A stretch of DNA of 32,000 bases. Origin: Cereibacter sphaeroides 2.4.1 (GTDB lineage Bacteria; Pseudomonadota; Alphaproteobacteria; Rhodobacterales; Rhodobacteraceae). Made by a program: the position numbers and the translations under genes. Where the stretch lies: contig NC_007493.2 in the NCBI RefSeq assembly GCF_000012905.2, positions 1,110,001 to 1,142,000 of the forward strand, in the 5' to 3' direction. Of the stretch, positions 30,155-32,000 are shown piece after piece. Numbering within the stretch: the stretch's first letter is position 1; each line of letters begins with the position of its first letter. A model generated the notes under the pieces. That model searched no databases. It worked only from the letters and a program-made list of their open reading frames with translations, and was not told where the DNA came from.

Positions 30155-30526
30155 GGGAATTGAGGTTGGAGCGTGAACGAGGGGGGAATAAACGCCCTTT
30201 TCCCGTGATTTCGGCGCCCTTTTGTCGAGGTTATGGCGCCCTGTCCCAGTAAGCGGTTGATATGATTGCGGTGGAGCGGCAACGCTGGTCGCTCCACCCC
30301 GCGACCTCCCGGTCGGACCACCCGCGTTCCGCCAGGCGACTGCTTGGCGCCGCTTACACGGTCGCTGCCATGGCGATCCGGACGTCCGGCACCAGGAACC
30401 CGAGCGGCGGATGTGATCCGTTCCTGGCGCCGAGGCCCCTCGCCGCGCGACGAGAACATCCGCCGACACCCGCCTTTCGCCGTCAGCGCAATCGACGGAG
30501 CCTCAACCCTTGCAGATGGACCAGCG

Positions 30527-31027
30527 ATGAGCCTTCCCCGAGCAAGATCGACCATTGCCATGTGCCTCGCCCTGACAGCGCTGCTCGGGGCCTGCGGACG
30601 CAGCCCGCAGGAGTGCATGGAGCGGGCGATGTATTTTGAATCCAATCGCTCCAGCCGCGACGGGATGGTCGCTGTGGGCAGCGTGGTGATGAACCGTGTC
30701 GAGTCCGGCCAGTACCCGAAGTCGGTCTGCGGCGTCGTCGGCCAGCGGTTCCAGTTCGCTCCTCGCATCATGTCCCGCCGGATGGACTCGCGGTCCTTGC
30801 CGCTGGTGCGCGAGACCGCCCGCTCCGTCCTGAAAGGCGAACGCCATCCGATGATCGGCGACGCGATGTTCTTCCACACCGCCGGCCACCGCTTCCCCTA
30901 CGACAACATGCACTATGTGCTCGTGACGGGCGGGAACGCCTTCTACGAGAGGCGCCCGAGCGCCCTCGTGACGCAGCCTGTGCCGCCGCAACCCATGGAA
31001 GGCCTGACGGGCTGGCGAGGCTGGTGA
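30527..31027 (+). CDS. SleB-like cell-wall hydrolase, probable lipoprotein
   Basis: The start was taken at the ATG at 30527: MSLPRARSTIAMCLALTALLGAC, with a lipobox (LGAC). The hydrolase_2/SleB-like core follows (AMYFESNRSSRDGMVAVGSVVMNRVESGQYPKSVCGVVGQRFQFA...AMFFH). 166 aa. The longer track ORF is an upstream extension. Confidence 0.8.
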   Translation: MSLPRARSTIAMCLALTALLGACGRSPQECMERAMYFESNRSSRDGMVAVGSVVMNRVESGQYPKSVCGVVGQRFQFAPRIMSRRMDSRSLPLVRETARSVLKGERHPMIGDAMFFHTAGHRFPYDNMHYVLVTGGNAFYERRPSALVTQPVPPQPMEGLTGWRGW

Positions 31028-31120
31028 TCGTCCGCACTGACGGCAATCCTGGATCTGCAGCGATCCAGTAGTCCTGCTCCGGCGTCACGGTGCCTCCTTC
31101 GCGCGCCAATGTGACCAGGC

Positions 31121-32000
31121 TGTCAATCGGCTTCCAAAACTGACCCCGGATCGGCGTCCAATTTTCACCCCCCCCGGCTCTGCGAGATCAGGGCCTGAGC
31201 CGACGGAACGGTCAGGGTGTGGAGGCGGCTCAGGCGCTGAGCGGGCTCGCGTGCTGAGGGTCAAGCGCGGTTCTTGAAGCGCCAGCTCTCGTTGCCGGTC
31301 TCGATGATCTCGCAGTGGTGCGTGAGCCGGTCGAGGAGCGCGGTGGTCATCTTGGCGTCGCCGAAGACGGTCGGCCACTCGCCGAAGGCGAGGTTGGTGG
31401 TGACGATGATCGAGGTGCGTTCGTAGAGACGGCTGATGAGGTGGAAGAGCAACTGTCCGCCAGCCTGGGCGAACGGCAGGTAGCCAAGTTCGTCGAGGAT
31501 CACGAAGTCGAGGCGGCCGAGATAGTCGGCGGTTCGGCCCTGCTTTCCGCTGCGGGTTTCGGCTTCGAGCTTGTTCACGAGGTCGACGACGTTGAAGAAG
31601 CGACCGCGGGTGCCATTGCGGATGAGCGCGCGGGCAATGGCGATGGCGAGATGGCTCTTGCCGGTGCCTGTTCCGCCGATGAGCACGACGTTGCGCTGGT
31701 CGGCGACGAGGCTCCGGTGGCCAGTTCGCGCACCAGGGCTTCGTTGACCGGCGTGCCGGTGAAGTCGAACTGCTCTATGTCCTTTACCAGCGGCAGCTTG
31801 GCGATCGTCATCTGGCAGCGGATCGAGCGCGCCTGCTTCTCGGCTATCTCGGACTGGAGCAGGTCGCCGACGATCCTCGGTGGCTCGTGCTGGCGCTTGA
31901 TGCCGTTCGCCATGACCTCGTCATAGGCGCTGCGCATCCCGTAGAGCTTGAGGGCGGTCATCAGGTCGAGGATCTGGGTGCGGTCCATGTCGGCTGGTCC
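31121..32000 (-). mobile_element. IS21-family insertion sequence, istB-proximal end. The element continues past the right edge of the window, where istA is expected.
   Basis: An IstB ATPase gene is followed by a terminal region starting TGTCAATCGG at about 31121. That region carries two related 15-nt motifs, TCCAAAACTGACCCC (31133-31147) and TCCAATTTTCACCCC (31157-31171), consistent with the multiple terminal repeats of IS21-type ends. The exact boundary is approximate. Confidence 0.75.
31261..31988 (-). pseudogene. istB: IS21-family helper ATPase IstB, split by a 1-nt frameshift near 31700-31720
   Basis: The N-terminal frame (31988 downward) reads [26 protein letters not shown]...[13 protein letters not shown] and then becomes Ser/Pro/Ala junk. 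A second frame reads [30 protein letters not shown]...[12 protein letters not shown]...[15 protein letters not shown]...[25 protein letters not shown] (Walker A and B intact). It could also be a sequencing error. Confidence 0.75.

Noticed and set aside
25955-30469. 1504-aa ORF on the minus strand, antisense to nrdJ
   Set aside because: Same high-GC antisense artefact. nrdJ on the plus strand has unmistakable RNR motifs. The antisense product is Arg/Ala/Gly/Leu-biased (with frequent His/Asp) and has no recognisable domain.

Overview
This is a high-GC chromosomal segment that looks alphaproteobacterial, probably Rhodobacterales. The taxon is inferred from gene content and synteny only.

(1) 1-10311 (+): the 3' two-thirds of an RcGTA-type gene transfer agent (GTA) head-tail cluster. 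It runs from a prohead protease fragment through capsid, connector/adaptor proteins, major tail protein, tail chaperones, a short tape measure, distal tail, hub and NlpC/P60 peptidase to a 1296-aa host-specificity protein. The genes are tightly packed with ATGA/TGATG stop-start overlaps. A small unassigned ORF and then cysE follow.

(2) 11.6-22.8 kb: housekeeping genes. These are pdhA-pdhB-pdhC with ftsB upstream (minus strand), class I aldolase and pgk, two tandem cyclophilins, tyrS, anmK and a DUF985 cupin.

(3) 22995-23171: a standalone 58-codon ORF. Its N-terminal half matches the lasso-peptide leader motif position for position. Its Gly/Trp/His-rich C-terminal half cannot form a canonical lasso ring, and no maturation genes lie in the window. 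This is the most unusual element I found.

(4) 23.2-31.0 kb: eno, a DMT/EamA transporter, a Fur/Mur-type regulator divergent from a class II (B12-dependent) ribonucleotide reductase with a ~540-nt leader, and a SleB-like lipoprotein.

(5) 31121-32000: the end of an IS21-family element with a frameshifted istB, running off the window.

I recognised no rRNA, tRNA or CRISPR array. The many long antisense and off-frame ORFs in the track are high-GC artefacts. I did not find a convincing multi-gene novel system. The candidates worth follow-up are the orphan lasso-leader peptide, the frame architecture of the GTA g10/g10.1 chaperone pair, and the nrdJ leader.
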